A stretch of DNA of 62,520 nt, counting the filler, from Hausera hauseri (Eukaryota): assembly GCA_046269625.1 (NCBI GenBank). It is 10 parts of 10 records of this genome, joined end to end, with 100 filler letters (N's around TTAATTAATTAA, not from the genome) between each part and the next. Parts side by side here need not be neighbours in the genome. Positions count along the whole stretch, not along the records: positions 46,409 to 52,588 come from JBJURY010129206.1; positions 52,689 to 57,036 come from JBJURY010623886.1; positions 57,137 to 62,520 come from JBJURY010265509.1; 7 more parts are not named here. One strand, given 5' to 3'. Numbering within the stretch: the first letter of the stretch is position 1; the number at the start of each line of letters is the position of its first letter. Positions 49,801 to 62,520 of the stretch are shown in pieces. The translations under genes were made by a program, and so were the position numbers. Below the pieces are notes generated by a model. That model was not told the origin of the DNA. It did no database searches and worked only from the letters and a program-made list of their open reading frames with translations.

Positions 49801-52800
49801 TAACAAGTAGCGTTGGAAAACACCAGATAAAAATTAATGTATAAAGGTGGCAGAGTATTCAGTAGGTGTGTATACTCTAATGAGAGTGATAAATTGGTAG
49901 AAACATTATAATCCAACCAAGTTATACTGATTTTAACAGTTGCGAGAATAATTTCATGAAGAAACGTAGTGAGTCAGATTACCACAACAATCAAATTTCA
50001 CTGAGATACGGGGATAGAAAGTGAATCACATTTTTAGAACATACTAACATAAATTGCTATTCATTACGGCATAGCAAACCTTTTGTACGTAGGTTATTTA
50101 ATCTAAAACAAGACTTAGTTTAAATATTGTATCATTTTGTTTGATAGGGAATTGATAGTTAGAGAATCAATAGCAATCATTGTTAAAATCATGATTGTAG
50201 AGTATAATCTTATGTACAAATCAATGTGATAAATTACATATCCTAGGCTGGAGTATATAATTGGGGTTAGTTTAATATCCATGCAATGAAGATGGTGTTA
50301 GGATTGACTAAACTGATACACAAAAGTACCCGATATGGTCTTCGATTTGGTTTGATAACTTTGGACATTCGACATTGATTTGAAAATAACATTTGATTGA
50401 TTCAATTTTGACATTAACTTTGACTGTGGCATTAACTTTTCGAAACAACAATGAATAAATTATTTTATTTTCTCTTGTTCCTTTGTTTTTTGTTGAGCCC
50501 TTTTGATGGGTGTCTTTAAGAATAACTGTTTTTGTACAATAAATTGTTAACCAGATATTAAGAAGATACAAAACGGCTATTTTGCTAATTTAAAGAATTT
50601 AACAAAACTAATAATTAGAAAATGATTTTTCAAAATATAAACAGTTTGTTGAAAGGTTTGAAATTACTGAATAATCTAGGTTACAAGTCCATTATCGACA
50701 TATGACAGCATTTTACAAAAATCAATTAATGACTTGTTTCAATATACGTAATGGACTGACATATGCTCAGGTTTTATGAAATCATTAATGATTGTTAGCC
50801 AATGCACATCTCAGAATTGATTGACATTAGAGAAATGGATTTTGAAATCGATTTCAATAATTGAAATTAACAGGCAACACTGGTAAATGATTGTCATTAG
50901 GGAAATATGAATTACGGAATAAGTGACAGTAGTAGATTTCGAAATCGATTTCGATAATTAAAATCGACAAGCGACACTGGTATATAAACCAGTAATATTT
51001 AGAAGCAACCACCTCTACGACACAATAAAAATTTTTCAACTGAAAAACACTAAAATTCAGCAGTCAATTCGATTATTGCCTAGTAGTCATCTTGAAGTAA
51101 GTAGTACTATGCTATAAAAAGGTATTAGACAAATACATTCAGGAACCTATTGGAAAGGATTGTAAACAATTGGATAGAATTTGAAATTAGTAAAATAGAT
51201 ACTTGCCACTTGATAATAACCGACTCTAAAAGAAAATCCAAACATAGCCGAGGAGAGAATTTATGATGTAGAAAACTTAACAGAAGGTATTAAATATGTT
51301 TACGTAATAATGCTGCCGTTTTGTATTACCATGATTTGCATTTATATATTTTGTTATAAAATATAATTTTGTTCTATAATAATTACACCCATTTTATCCG
51401 GGTCATGGTTAAACCGAATGATCTAATCGTTTTAAATATGTAGGAAGAAGTTTATTATAATCGAAGATATAACCATGGAGTCATCGATAGCTCATTGTGG
51501 TCCAATCAGATTTCCGTATGTCACTGCCCATGGGAGAGGACTCATGAAAGGTTTTGCATGATTCGTGGTATGGAAACGATTCGATACTGAATCATTATTG
51601 GCGAGATTGACCATAGAAAATGGATTCATAGTCTTTTATGTTCGAACGATTAGCAACGCAGAGTGGATCAACTACGAATATGATAGCACAAGTGAATTTT
51701 ATGTGATAGACCTATATGGATGATTCGGACCGCCATGGAAAAGATTTCATAGTTTTTTCTTTGTATACATTTGATTTATAGACTCAGGTCGTGACCATGT
51801 TTTTGGTATACTTGTGTATGTTAAAGACATCAGACCCTTCCCTTATAGATTAAACAAAAATTTGAAAAATTTAGATTCGATGCAAGTAAGGTTTCCCGAA
51901 ATTAATTGACTAAATCGCGAATATTTTGCCTTGAACTGAATTAAAGACAAACCAATGGATAAACGTATGTGTATATCTATATATTTACGAGAGCAGTTAG
52001 AACTAAATCATGTCGCAGTTTCGAAATATGGATGCTGGCGAGGAACGTAATTGTTGACTGTGATGTCAAGGGTGATGTATTAATGAGTAAGTTAAATGGA
52101 CGAGAAGGTTATTAACATTCCCGGAGAGAATGCACTATACTTTCAAGTGCGGTGTCCATAATATAGGATAACGGTGCCAGTAGCTAATGCACAATTGTTA
52201 TACCCGAATTTGATCATTGTAAAAGTTGTTAGATGTATTCTCGATGGGTAAAAATGGATTCCAGGGAACCTGGTAATCTGATCTAAATAAAGCCTTAAAA
52301 ACATCCAAGGAATAATCGGGAGTTTTGGTGATATAGATTTCTTGTAGAAATAATTGTGATGAAAGATTAAATAAGTATTAAATTAGTATTCACACTTGTT
52401 GGTATGTAATATTTTTGGACATCGTTGATCAAGATTTTCTAACCAATACGTCTCCTGTGAACATATGGTACATTTGACGTATTGTTTCTCTTCTTTAGAT
52501 ATCAGTATTAGTCCTTCTTCGGCTAAATGTTCAATCTTTCTTTTTCCTTTAAAAGTTAATTTCCTCTTTTGTACTGTGTTTGAGATCCNNNNNNNNNNNN
52601 NNNNNNNNNNNNNNNNNNNNNNNNNNNNNNNNTTAATTAATTAANNNNNNNNNNNNNNNNNNNNNNNNNNNNNNNNNNNNNNNNNNNNATTTATTTGGAA
52701 CGGGTGTAGTTCTGTCATCATCTTTCTTAAATTTTTTGTTAGATATTATCGTTCTTTAAAAATTTTTATAGAAAAATATTTATTTAACTTTTATATTATA

Positions 52801-53173
52801 TCATTAACATATATTTACTCAAATTTCTTTTCAGATTGCCAATGCCAACATCAAAGTATGTTATTAATTTCCAACGGTTGTAACACATGTAATACTTACC
52901 CCATTTTGTAAATTTCCAATAACTTCCACAAAGAAACGGGGAAAAAAGAATTTTCATTTGAAAAATATTCAAAATCTGTGCCTACAAAGGGTATAAAAAT
53001 AATGAAACTATGGTAGTGTACAAAATACAACTATTTATATATCGTCTGAATCACAATATACAATCATGACATCTCGTAGAAAATTAATTTACAAACGGTG
53101 ACCAAACGAAAACGTGGAATTTCCATTGGAAATGCGCAAAAGCAAGAAAAGGAAATGAAACGAGAAGCGAAGG

Positions 53174-54160
53174 CTATTTACAATTATCGAGAATCCAAGT
53201 GAAGGCCTCATCGACTCGTTCCATATTCATCACTGTCGAATTCAACACCTGCCATTTGCCATTAAGACTATTCAATTCCAGAAAATTGATTATTTCCAAA
53301 CAGGAAACCTTCCGTGCCGAAATATCATTGACGGCCAATGACAGAACTAAAATTGGAATGTGCGGTTTCACCCACATGTGCTGGGTTATCGAATAGAGTT
53401 CGGTTTTGGCCAATTCCCACAATGCACCATCGACAATATTCGAGTCAACTGCGTAAACGAGAGCGTCCATCGTCAGAAAGAAATCACAGGCCTGTGATGT
53501 TAATTTGAACACGTCATTATTCGATAATTCAAACAATTTGTTGTTGCTTAGCCGATTTGGCGATTTGACCGATCGCGTTCGTTCGTCTTTCGACGACGAA
53601 TAAATTATGCTCAAATCGAATTTCCGTGAAAAGGTTTTCGTCGCATTTTTCATTTCGAATGTAAATCCGGATCCGATTCCACCTGCGTAACCCGGAAAAA
53701 TTCGGACAATTCTCAGCGGATTTATCGAACTGTTACACATCAAATTCGTGACAAAACAACTGGTATCGGACTCTAATCCTGGTCCGATTAATGCGACTCG
53801 TGGAATGAATTTATAGAAGAACGATTTCAGTCGAATCATCATGTCTTTCAAATTGAAATTGAAATTAACGGATGAAAAATATGTCTGCATTTCTGGACAA
53901 CATCGCAAATAAATCTCTTTACTCGACATTTGATTTGCGTACCGGTGCCGATACAATTCCGGATTGGCATCGCTGCTGAGTGATTTCCAACGGATACTAT
54001 CGTGAACTAATTTCCGTCTCCAGAGATATTCGTCATTACTGATATCGTACAATCTCGTACAGACACACGATAGACGACAGAGGTCCTTTACCGATAAATG
54101 TGAGAGTATATTAAATAGTATATCATCTGGTAAACTGAGGAAATTGATGTCAAACTCCAT
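53174..54160 (-). CDS. FBXO4: F-box only protein 4 homolog (single coding exon)
   Basis: F-box LSLPDDILFNILSHLSVKDLCRLS...LWR, then PRVALIGPGLE, GIGSG, IYSSSKDER, DALVYAVD, PILVLS, WQV, AFTWIL, collinear with FBXO4. Confidence 0.9.
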   Translation of the reverse strand: MEFDINFLSLPDDILFNILSHLSVKDLCRLSCVCTRLYDISNDEYLWRRKLVHDSIRWKSLSSDANPELYRHRYANQMSSKEIYLRCCPEMQTYFSSVNFNFNLKDMMIRLKSFFYKFIPRVALIGPGLESDTSCFVTNLMCNSSINPLRIVRIFPGYAGGIGSGFTFEMKNATKTFSRKFDLSIIYSSSKDERTRSVKSPNRLSNNKLFELSNNDVFKLTSQACDFFLTMDALVYAVDSNIVDGALWELAKTELYSITQHMWVKPHIPILVLSLAVNDISARKVSCLEIINFLELNSLNGKWQVLNSTVMNMERVDEAFTWILDNCK

Positions 54161-55643
54161 ATTTTGATAGATAATTACTTCTGTAAAAATGATCAAATAA
54201 AATAATCCAAATCTGATAGTTTAAAAGCAAATTTCTTTCACCACTGGCTTTTTTAACCTATAAAATTGTTCAAATACAACTGGATGATTAAATTACAATG
54301 CTTGATAAATCACAAACTCCAAAGTGTAATATTTGAAATTTGGGAATTTAAAATGACCGAGTGCATCTTAGATAAACAAAAATAAATAAATAAAAGAAAA
54401 TTGGCACTGGCTCATTTTACACAGTAACTAGGATAACAACAAACTGAGGTATTTATGTTGAAGAAACTTTGGAAATTCTACTCAAATTCTGGAAAGTAAT
54501 GTGTATGTCATTAGACATCATGTTCTTAAATGTAATCTACATAAAAATTTGCTATTTATGAATTGGTCGGGAAAATGTGCTGGCTTAAGTGTCTAAAGCA
54601 AATTTGAACAAATACATTTTAGTTGATTATAGGCTATGTGCAATTCTATCACAATTAATCTATTTATAAAACATTGGTCTTCGAAATTTCATGCACTTGA
54701 AAAGCGTCATTTTTTAATTAAAAAACTAGAATAAGATTTTAGGTATATGTACAGTAGTGATTAATTTAGAACGTAATTATATATAATATGTAGTTTTTTC
54801 TGATTAAAAAATGATACGTTTTTCAAGTGTATGAAATTTTGGCGATATATCGATTTCTATTACCAAAGGTACACAAATATTACATATGAAATATTTGGAA
54901 CTATGTGGTTACACTACTTTTCCAGTTTTACTGTGTATATTAATGAAATCATTTGAACATGACAGCGTGTTTGCGTGATATGGTTATACATGCAGAATAT
55001 TTGATGAGGAAGTAGATAAATTCAACTATTTTTTCCATAGGATCATTTAATTTTTGAGGATATTTAAAATTTGATGTCGGATACATTTAAAACGAAATAT
55101 TTTCATTGTTAAACATTTCCATCTGCATTTAAAATGTTATAAAGTTGGGAACACATGAAAGAAGCATCTAGTTTTATACAAAAACACCGAAAGAATTGAA
55201 AAATCATGGGTATTCTACTTTATTAAAGTGTGCTTTTTTCAAAATTCCCTCAGTATGCTTAAGAATTTTGAATTTTGGCAACATTTGTATACTTTCTCTA
55301 GTTTGTTACTCCAATTTTCGATTTATAATGTTTGGGGGACTGTTCTGTAATCTAAAATGCATTTATCCTATTTCAATCGCATATTCTCTCATGTATAAAT
55401 TTTGGCGCGCACACGACTGGCCACAGATTACAGACTATGTTTATGATAGATATTTTGGATTTCTGCAGAACATCAAAATACATATCGAATAATAATTCGA
55501 TAAAATAATCGAATATTTTATCTAAGTTCAAAAATCCCAAATGTAGTGGGGGAACTTGAACAAGTGTTAAGCTGAAAAAAATTAAACAGTAATAATCACA
55601 AATAAAAATACTGAAGAAGAAGCCGAATAGCATCACAAAAATT

Positions 55644-56940
55644 TCATTTATATCGATGACTCCTACTTGGTGTTCGATACATTTCAAACGAAATATTTTC
55701 ATTGTCAAACATTTCCCGCTGCAAACCGATATATTCAATTTCCAAATTGAACTCGCCTGTTATACCGTCCATCAACGAAATAGAAATATGGCGAATATGT
55801 TCTAAATCTATTCGACTCTGGATATCTTGACATCTGCCTTTACCGGTGAGGAAAAAACTATGAAACAGAATTTTGACCGTTTGCCAAAGAGGTCCACCGT
55901 GAGTGTACAACGGATGCATGTACATATTGTGCCATGCAAAATCCAGTGTGATTCATCTGAATGTTTATCGAATACGTTCGTCCATCGCCACGTAACCTGG
56001 AATTGTGTAATTTGCCAATGAAATGTTACAACTGTGTACTTAGATAAAATGAAGTTTGTAGTCTCATGTAAAAATACATGGCTTCTATAGACGTGAACAT
56101 GCTAATATTTCATTTATCGACTGCAATTTTAAATAAGATTCGTGAATATTAAGGCAACGTTTAATGCTGGATTTAAATATGCAAATTACTTGACAGTATT
56201 TCCGCAACAACAATAAAAAATAATTGTCATAACTTGTTTTAATTTAATACAATCATGAACTTGTCAAGGTCATCAATATTACTTAACCCTTACATCTTAA
56301 TTAACATAAACAGAATAATTCCCACCTCATCAACAAATAGTTGTTCGGGAAAAATGATACATCACGAACTTTACCAAAAAATATTTTATGAGGCGAACGA
56401 AAACTGGCCAAACCACTGCGAACATAGTTTCCTGTCTTTGGTACGGTTGTATCAAGATTCCCGGAAAACATTAATGTTCCTCTCTTCGGATGTTTTGAAA
56501 CGGTAGCTGTACTTCTGCCCTGGTCAACACTGTCAGTCGTTACGACCCATTCGTTGATTTCATCTGCTGACAATTCCCGAAAATTTGCAAAGTATTTGTA
56601 TGTCATATGCGAAACCATCTTAAAGGATACTGTTAAAAAAGACCTTAACAGAACTATTTATAACAGAAATAATTAACATCTATTACAATAACGAATAAAC
56701 CAAATTCGCACCAGATCCGATGAAAATGTATTTTTATACATCTCTTTGACTTCTTTCCATGCCATACGAAACACTGCTGGAATTTTCAAATGATTTTCGT
56801 ATGCCCGTTGTAAAACCGATTGTATATTTCTTTGTCGAGCCTGTTGACCGCGATGGGGATTGACGAAACAAAAAAATCGGGGTAAATTAACATGACAACG
56901 TGCAAACATGCACTCATTAAAAACCGATCTTTGCAGTGCC
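55644..56940 (-). CDS. NDUFAF1: Complex I assembly factor CIA30, multi-exon; apparent frameshift near 55950
   Basis: WVVTTD..QGRS, FSGNLDTTVP...RSG; intron 56325-55997 joins NYLLMR to LRGDGRTY; LYTHGGPLWQTVKI..F..GRCQD.Q; GEFNLEIEYIG. Confidence 0.88.
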
Positions 56941-57239
56941 TGAAAATAACATTTTTTACTATAATTGTTTACAAGTTAATTAATTCATTTGGTGCATTAA
57001 AACAATAAATGTCATACGAAGTGTACATAAATTTTTNNNNNNNNNNNNNNNNNNNNNNNNNNNNNNNNNNNNNNNNNNNNTTAATTAATTAANNNNNNNN
57101 NNNNNNNNNNNNNNNNNNNNNNNNNNNNNNNNNNNNTTAGTTATCATTATGGAAACAGTGTTTATACTACAGCTATATATATATATATGTAACACGATTA
57201 TAAATAAATCATGTGAGCAAAGGTTGTATTATTATTTAG

Positions 57240-57865
57240 GTGAAGCTGCAGAATGATGCAATTTTCCAGATTGTAGGCTCCACTGGAAGTGGCAAAACAC
57301 ACTTTGTCTGCAAATCTATTGCAGAACTACCGTGACATGTTCCATTCACGCGGTATAATCACATATGCTGGCATCAAGGTGTTGGTTATGATAAGTCAGG
57401 TTAAACACATCGGGAATTTTGTAAACTGAAATCGATAACGATAATTGATGGGTTTGATGAGAACTGGTTAGAGAGATTATTCAACGGTGACGTTATTGTC
57501 ATTGACGATTTATTTCAGGAAGCTGAAAAACAATTGGAATTCAACAACCTGTTCATGAAGATTGCATGACACCGTGGTGTGACGGTTATTTTCATTATGC
57601 AAAACATATTCCATCAGGCTAACAGCATCGAACAAGAAATCTCAACGTACACTATTTGGTGTTGTTCAACAGTCCCCATAATCAGACTATTATTGATTAT
57701 GTTTAACGACAAGCATTTCCTCACAAACGAGCCTACTTGATAGATGCATATCATGATGATACGACCGAGCCACACGGATACTTGTTCATCGACTTTACAC
57801 AACAATGCCCCGATGACATGCGTGTACGAACAGACATTTTCAATCAGAAAGGTGTATGTGTCAAT
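57240..57865 (+). pseudogene. Polinton A32-like packaging ATPase
   Basis: Walker A FQIVGSTGSGKTHFV, Walker B VIVIDDL, HRGVTVIFIMQNIF, HYLVLF, PHGYLFID, RVRTDIF; stops and frameshifts. Confidence 0.88.
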
Positions 57866-57888
57866 AAACAAATTCGAAAATTGACGAC

Positions 57889-58420
57889 ATGATTATAATA
57901 AAAATGAAGAATTTCCGAAAAACAATTGTTAAACGTAAACCTACCAAGCGGATGTCCGGCAAGAAACGTGTATCAAAACGAACCGCTATGGTCAAGCGAT
58001 TAATCAATTCTGTACTTCGAACAACAGCAGCAGCAACTAGACGCAAATTACCGTCACAGTGACAACGGTTATAAACAACTACGTCTCAGTATCAATACGT
58101 CCAAAATGCGATTCAAACGTAGTCTTCCGTACTTTATTGATTTGCTCAAGCATCTACGAGACTTAAGAGAAACGTACTGCGATCATTCCCACAATTTGTA
58201 GTAGACGATTTGATGGAAATTTTATACAATATCGATTTGGGTTACGTTGACATTGGTAGTGGAAAGCGGAATTTACTAAAGTATTGAAAACGACTCAATG
58301 GACTTGCCAACACCCGTAGTAAAGAGGTCATGTACCAGCAAGATGACAGATTCCTTGGTGCAATTCTACCGATTTTTACGTCATTACTGGGTGGACTCAT
58401 TGGTTCTGCAGCCTAGTATA
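57889..58420 (+). pseudogene. Two small Polinton genes (a very basic protein and a core-like protein), decayed
   Basis: KRKPTKRMSGKKRVSKR; LMEILYNI.LG.V...FLGAILPIFTSLLGG; located between the ATPase and the integrase. Confidence 0.45.
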
Positions 58421-58559
58421 AACAACGGCGGCAAGTATATTATGATTTCGCGATATGGATGCATGATTTTTATCTTTCTATCCCAGTTTACCGAATCTTT
58501 CATTTACGTTTCGTTCTAATTGCTGTAATACTAACAAAAACAACATCATCGACAACAAC

Positions 58560-59095
58560 TATTGGAGACGTGTGGTTCGACACGTGTCATCCTCTCAGGT
58601 ATACTGGCGTCGACAAACTGTCAAAGAATGTCAAACAGACTCGGAAACAGACCCAACATTGGCTCGGGACAGTTAGCATACAGCCTAAACAAACCGATAA
58701 GAAGGCGGTTTCCAACTCGTGCATACCGTGCCGCCGGTGTAAATAATGTATGGCAAATGGATCTGATGGGAATTATTCCGTACGCTAGCATCAACGACGG
58801 GTATCGGTACGTCCTTACATGTATTGATTGTTTAGTCGTTTTGCACGTGCAATTGCCGTAAAATCTAAATCCGGTAAAGAGACTGCCGACACTGTTCACA
58901 GATTAATTGAACAACAACAACCATCGAAACACGTACAAACAGACCTGGGTAAAGAATTTTACAACTCCTATGTCGCACTGGTCTTGAGGCAGTTCGGTGT
59001 AAACCACTACTCGGTGTTTTCACAATACTAGGCTGCACTCGTTGAACGATTTAATCGAACCTTACGCGGCCGACTGCACAAATTCTTTACCTTAG
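58560..59095 (+). pseudogene. Polinton retroviral-like DDE integrase, N-terminal and catalytic part
   Basis: AYSLNKPIRRRFP...WQMDL...GYRYVLTCID / FSRFA...VQTDLGKEFYN...VERFNRTL; frameshifts and a stop. Confidence 0.9.
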
Positions 59096-59184
59096 GCAGA
59101 TGTACTACCGGATATTAAAACTACTACTTAAAAAACGGATATTAAAACTACTACTTAAAAAACCAGATTTGAAAACTATAGTTT

Positions 59185-59980
59185 TCAATAGCTCTTGAAG
59201 TTTGAACCGGTGTTGAGCCTAGAGACAAAAATATTAGAACTCGAAATAGAAGCACTCGAACTGACTGCTGCTGGCGAGACAGATCCGCATAATCCGCCAG
59301 CTTGTGATGGAGATCCAAATAAATTCAATGTTGAAGTAACTTGGACTTTAGTTGTCGCTTCAGAGAGGCCAGTTATTGCTACACTAAATCTCGAATATGG
59401 AATTTCGAAGATGCTTGAAGTACTTACTGAAGTTTGATTTGAAATCAATCTTTCTATTTTTGACGTTGATAATACAATGTTAGAACTTGTTGTCACAGAG
59501 ACACCCGAACTTTTTGTGGACTTTTATGTCAATCCAAATATACCACAATCTTGAGCCTTAGAACCATTCAATACTGAAAGAGATTCACTGGCACTGCCAA
59601 TTGTTTGATTAATTGATCCAAATTGTACATTCTTTTGTAATGGAGTTTGGAGACCAGTTGCAATAGAAAAGCCGCTTTTCGAATTCACAGTTGTTTGATT
59701 TGTTGATTGGGTTAATCCAGCGGCAGAAGTGTAGAATTTACCCCATAATTGCTAGCAGTTGTCGAAGTTTGATCCTTCAAACCTAGAGCAACTTGACTTG
59801 GCGAAGAAAACAATGTTTGTTTATCAGCTGACGGTGCGTTAAAAATGGACGAAATACTAGTGTCTTTAAAGGTTTCAGAGTCAAGTTTAATGTCTAGAAT
59901 ACCTAAGTTTGGTTTATTTGAAACACCAAAAATGCTCAGTTTTGGTAATAGTTGTACTGATTGTTGTATTTGTAGCATTT
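59185..59980 (-). pseudogene. Ser/Thr-rich FG-nucleoporin-like fragment
   Basis: Low-complexity S/T/N sequence with spaced SIFG, QFG, GIFG and NLFG; interrupted by stops. Confidence 0.45.
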
Positions 59981-60014
59981 ACAGATATGTTTTCACGTAT
60001 TATCATATCCGTAT

Positions 60015-60455
60015 TATCATATGTATTACTTGGACTGACGATCAACGTATGAACGTGAGACAATTTATCATCTTTGCATTTAATGTCTTTTTTGTCAGTA
60101 AATTCTTTCTTTTATAATTGAAAATGACATGAACCTTTTTCGTAGAAATTCCACGAATATTCATACCAAGCATAATTTTATAAGGTTTTTCACCATGAAA
60201 ATGTTTCTGATCTATGTCAGAACCTAGTATTTTCAAATAACCACCGCCACAGTCGATATTCTGTTCATGTTTTACTTGGAACTGAATTGCAACCTTTTGC
60301 CGTCGTTACTGAAAGTCTGATCAAATTTTCGTGATATTCCGTAAAACCGTGCATCCTGACTCGGTTGAATACCTTTATCCTTTTCGGCATTATTGTAAAA
60401 TTTACCGGCGGTCCACGAAAATTTTCCTTGTTCGCTTCCTTTGTTTTCTTTCTGC
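60015..60455 (-). pseudogene. CALR: Calreticulin N-domain fragment, intronless and frameshifted
   Basis: GKFPWTAGKFYNNAEKDKGIQPSQDARFYGIS...FSNDGK / IQFQVKHEQNIDCGGGYLK...TKKVHVIFNYK.KN / KDIKCKDD..HVHTLIV.P.NTY. Confidence 0.92.
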
Positions 60456-60499
60456 GAATTTGATCGTTTATTAGCAAATCTTGGTGGTAAATCCTTTTC

Positions 60500-62220
60500 A
60501 AATTGCTCACGATTTGGATTATATGAATGATTCTTTAAGTTAGTGGATTATTTCACAGATTCAACAATATCGACGTCTAAATGATGAGTTTTCAACTGGA
60601 CTAGGTGGTTCGGTATTCAAAACAGTATCGTTGGTGGGCAAAACCGACATTGTTTTGTAATCGGGTGGAAGGTTACTTGATAAAATAAGACCAGGAGCCG
60701 GAGCAAAAGATCATTGTGTTGACATTTCTTGAATTTAAAATTCCATTGTTTGACACTTTTGACGTATCGCATACAATGTGCTCTAGAATGCATTTAGCTA
60801 TTTTAATATATGTAATACTGCTAGTTGGTATTTCCGTAGGCATTATATTGTTCATTGAAGGTTTTGGTTTATCGTTTGCTGTTATAATATTGCTTTCAAA
60901 TAGATTATCTCTCAAAGATGTTAAAGCTATGTTCACTGGCTTTCTATTGAAAATAGTTGGTTCGATTTTTGCCGTTTCTTCGCATGAGTTTTTGGAACAA
61001 TTGCTGGAGAAAATCTCTTTTCGGTAGTATTATAAATGAGTAAATGAATAGCTGTTTCAGCAGTTGTACATTTGTTACTCGTAAATAAGTACAATTTTTT
61101 GTACAGTACGTTTAAAGGATTAAAACCCTTTAAATAAGTTAATTCCTGCAAACAAATCGGTAACTCATCTGGAAATTCCTCACATATTCCCGATAAACCA
61201 TCATAATCATTCAACAAAATGTTCAGAAATTTAATATATTCATCACCAAAAGGAACTTTCAAAGGAGCTGAATCATTAAAAGATTTATGAAATTTTGTAT
61301 TTTCCTTCACATTGACAAATTGATGCATCCAACAAAGAAATACCAGAACAAAAATAATAGGTCCATTACTACTAATAAGTTCCTTATAAATTCTGGCGTC
61401 GTGAGACACAGATCAATCCACTACAAACAGTATTAATCATTAATTGAGTAAACTGTTGGAAATTCAAACTCCATAATTTATTCTTTGACGAATCCTGCTG
61501 ATCCAAATATGTCGATAATAAACTACACTGTAAAGCAACCATGCTAACAACGGTTCGCCTATGTTTGAAAAGATACGAATGTTTCGCTGCTAAATCCGTA
61601 ACCCAATCAACAATGCAATTGCTGACAACGCTGAATGTTTTTGTGCAAACGCAATTCGGCGTACACATGTAGCCATGCAACACCGAAATATGAAATTCCA
61701 TTTTCCTCATTTATAATATTGGATGTTAGCAATTCCAATACCGACTCATTATTCTTTGAGAAATGCTTTGGACAAGGTAATTGAATATCGCAGAGTAGAC
61801 TTAAAATATCGATAAATTTTGAGTAGAATCCAACAGCTTCATCAAGGAAAACAGAATACTACACTTGTGCAGATGAGGCTTCAGCTTTATCTTTACTTTT
61901 AATTTGGGTTTGCAATTCCGATATTGACTTTTTGAATAAATTGTTCCACATATCTTGTTCAACTTTGAGTAATGCTGTCTCTCAAACTGTAGAGAGTTAA
62001 CGTAAAATAATATTCCTCCAATTCTTGTCGCATTATAACTTTTTGCAATTATCCAAAGTTGCAACGTACTGTGCTAAAATCGTATTTGTCTTCTCCAGGT
62101 GTGACATAATCCGTATGTTCTGACTGAGAAGTATTACTTCCTTGAGGAATTTCCAAAAAGTCCTCTTGGTAATTTGTTCATTGTCGTGTTCATCAAATCC
62201 AACTTCTGACACCAATTTGC
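60500..62220 (-). pseudogene. Unidentified fragmented coding region
   Basis: Chain of overlapping minus-strand ORFs (62033..62215, 61801..62064, 61384..61710, 60933..61409, 60673..60936) consistent with one frameshifted gene. Confidence 0.4.
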
Positions 62221-62520
62221 ATCCAACATAAATTTAAGATTAGAGAAATACTTAGACTTAACAACAAGTATTGATTTTTTTATTCAATAACAAAAGTAAA
62301 AATATGTAGGAAAATGTGAACTACTTAAATGCAACACAAAATTAATAAAAATCTCTAACATTCTTATATAATAAAGCATTACAATTTCTTAATCTAATCA
62401 GTATTTTCTATACTCATTACAGAAGGCAAATTTTCTGACAGATCTTTCAACTGAACATTCACTAGAAATGCCTTTACTTCTTTAGACAATATCGTACTTT
62501 CACAAATAGCATTTCTCCTG

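Noticed and set aside
46830-52588. Possible retroelement relics (e.g. FALSETWL near 47850)
   Set aside because: Isolated short motifs without collinear support; too decayed to call.
4994-57136. A single composite virus or island linking Rep, pPolB, env, capsids and the giant ORF
   Set aside because: The parts lie on different contigs separated by artificial spacers, so adjacency carries no information.
60600-60680. ZNFX1-like motif PPDYKTMSVLPT
   Set aside because: The expected downstream LRPN...HFRLLREDF sequence is absent.

Overview
This window is not one locus. It is ten assembly contigs joined by artificial 100-bp spacers (N44-TTAATTAATTAA-N44) at 4994-5093, 11983-12082, 17356-17455, 24780-24879, 30754-30853, 41735-41834, 46309-46408, 52589-52688 and 57037-57136, so nothing can be linked across a spacer. 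Most contigs look like an AT-rich invertebrate genome with very small introns (about 40-55 nt). Host-type genes are tandem ankyrin-repeat genes, FBXO4, NDUFAF1/CIA30, and decayed calreticulin and FG-nucleoporin-like fragments. Mobile and viral DNA is abundant: three decayed Polinton/Maverick (adintovirus-like) contigs (pPolB; integrase, two pentons and major capsid; ATPase and integrase) and two Ty3/Gypsy elements. Three things stand out. (1) A hidden, apparently intact 421-aa CRESS-DNA-virus-type Rep (HUH endonuclease plus SF3 helicase) appears only after splicing out three tiny GT-AG introns. It sits in a roughly 3-kb element with a palindrome-rich control region and accessory ORFs, and no recognisable capsid gene. 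(2) A Gypsy element carries a chuvirus-like fusion glycoprotein upstream of protease-RT-RNaseH-integrase. (3) A GC-richer, intronless contig is one open frame of at least 3,627 codons built from four shuffled helical modules, probably a giant protein of a co-sequenced symbiont.
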